From Candidatus Gastranaerophilales bacterium (GTDB taxonomy: Bacteria > Cyanobacteriota > Vampirovibrionia > Gastranaerophilales > Gastranaerophilaceae), in assembly GCA_905234865.1 (NCBI GenBank), contig CAJOJE010000001.1, positions 114,021 through 178,020 on the forward strand: 64,000 bases of DNA, given 5' to 3'. Position numbers and translations under genes: made by a program. Of this stretch, positions 62,825-64,000 are shown piece by piece. Under the pieces are notes generated by a model, which saw nothing but the letters and a program-made list of their open reading frames with translations, ran no database searches and was not told the DNA's origin. The number at the start of each line of letters is the position of its first letter. The first letter of the stretch is position 1.

Positions 62825-64000
62825 TTGCAAAACGACATTATATTAAAAGCAAAAAGAAGTGACGAGCCGGTTTTGATTTCATTGCTAAAATCAAGAGGAA
62901 TAGAGAATTACGACGAATTTTTAAACCCTGAGCTGTTGCCGTTTTCATCTCCATCGGTATTTTCTGATATGCTAAAAGCCGTAGAAATTATAAATAATGC
63001 AATAACAAATAAAGAAAAAATTCTCGTTTGGGGTGATTTTGACGCTGACGGCGTTACTTCAACCGCTATTTTACACAAAACATTAACGGCACTCAGTGCC
63101 GATTTTATGTATTTTATTCCCGACAGAGATAAATTGGGGCATGGAATTAATTCAAAAGAGCTGTTGAAAATAAAATCAAAAAACAATATTAAAGTTTTGA
63201 TTACGGTAGATTGCGGAATATCAAACGCAAATGAGATAAATTTAATTAAATCAATGGGAACAAAAGTCATAATAACGGATCACCATGAACCTCCCGAAAT
63301 CCTTCCCAAAGCTGATTGTATATTAAATCCCGTATGTTTAAATTCACTGTCTGAGACTCTTAATTGCAAAGAAATAGAAAAAGTTTCCGTATTGTCGGGG
63401 GCCGGAGTTGCTTTTATACTTGCAAGAGCCCTATTGAACAATAAATATCCGAATATTGAAAAAGAAATAACGGGATTATCGGCAATCGGTACAATAGCGG
63501 ATGTCGTTCCTCTGACGGGCGAAAATCGGATTATTGCCGCAAGAGGGCTAAAGGAACTTTCACAAGGGGTAAATTTAGGAGTTAAAAAACTTTTTGAAAA
63601 CCAAAATATTAAAAGAAATATAACAAGTGAGGACATAGGCTTTATTTTAGCTCCGAGAATCAATGCGGCAGGAAGGCTCGATTCGCCTTACGAAGCTTTA
63701 AAATTACTTATTGAAAATAACGACGTTGCGCTTGATTTGACAATTGAAAAATTAAATTCTTTAAATAAAGTAAGACAAAATTTATGCGATGTTATTTACA
63801 ATGAAGCAATCTCTTTAATAAAAAATCCTAAAAATTCAATCGTACTCTACCATGAAGGGTGGCATTTGGGGATAATCGGAATTGTTGCTTCAAGGCTGGT
63901 TGATAAATTTAATTTACCCGTTTTTATGATAACAAGTGATGACCGAGGCATGTACAGGTGTTCCATAAGAGGTACAAAGTGCCATGATATAGCTGAAATC
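62825..64000 (+). CDS. recJ: single-stranded-DNA-specific exonuclease RecJ (N-terminal part, runs off the window)
   Basis: My own translation of the open plus-strand frame from the TTG at 62825 (AAGGAG upstream). It shows DHH-family motifs WGDFDADGVTS, DCG and ITDHHEP, followed by the DHHA1 lead-in. Not in the ORF track because it has no stop within the window. Confidence 0.88.
   Translation, partial: MQNDIILKAKRSDEPVLISLLKSRGIENYDEFLNPELLPFSSPSVFSDMLKAVEIINNAITNKEKILVWGDFDADGVTSTAILHKTLTALSADFMYFIPDRDKLGHGINSKELLKIKSKNNIKVLITVDCGISNANEINLIKSMGTKVIITDHHEPPEILPKADCILNPVCLNSLSETLNCKEIEKVSVLSGAGVAFILARALLNNKYPNIEKEITGLSAIGTIADVVPLTGENRIIAARGLKELSQGVNLGVKKLFENQNIKRNITSEDIGFILAPRINAAGRLDSPYEALKLLIENNDVALDLTIEKLNSLNKVRQNLCDVIYNEAISLIKNPKNSIVLYHEGWHLGIIGIVASRLVDKFNLPVFMITSDDRGMYRCSIRGTKCHDIAEI

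Noticed and set aside
62908-63663. Two minus-strand ORFs (120 and 127 aa) in the last 1.1 kb
   Set aside because: They lie antisense to the clear RecJ reading frame (DHH motifs). The track does not list that frame only because it has no stop inside the window.

Overview
Low-GC bacterial chromosome segment. The AsmA-like/Skp genes suggest a diderm, and the [FeFe]-hydrogenase, flavodiiron protein and AdhE suggest an anaerobe. A Melainabacteria-like lineage is possible but cannot be established from sequence alone. From 1-42.7 kb and 58.4-64 kb the window is mostly housekeeping: truB-rbfA-infB, MgtC-family gene, two Opp/Dpp-type permeases, an M16 peptidase pair, aroH-fmt-def, class Ia nrdAB, two AsmA-like giants flanking skp, mnmA, tRNA-Gln, a NarL-type response regulator, a GT5 glycogen-synthase-like giant, a flavodiiron protein, tRNA-Leu, speB, coaE and recJ. 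Lineage-specific genes are interspersed: two coiled-coil peptidoglycan hydrolases, a GGGtGRT/NifU-like pair, a fossil HUH Rep gene, and a collagen-like G-T-N repeat protein with a tandem paralog. The most interesting part is an approximately 15.5 kb island at about 42.8-58.3 kb, wedged between the flavodiiron gene and tRNA-Leu, whose codon usage looks different by eye. It carries three small ORFs, a second SGNH hydrolase, adhE, rex, a sensory-hydrogenase module (2Fe-2S ferredoxin, HydS-type PAS hydrogenase, PP2C phosphatase, second ferredoxin, catalytic-type [FeFe]-hydrogenase, small membrane protein) and an Fe-ADH. At the tRNA-proximal end sits a transposition module: a MuA/TnsB-like DDE transposase, a MuB/TniB-like AAA+ ATPase, a stand-alone integrase core-binding (SAM-like) domain protein and a frameshifted HTH gene. 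That module is preceded by a GC-rich structured leader and a dense phased array of AGTGCA-type repeats. No CRISPR array, rRNA or intact prophage was seen. All homology calls come from motif recognition by eye, not from database searches, and coordinates of non-CDS features may be off by 1-2 nt.
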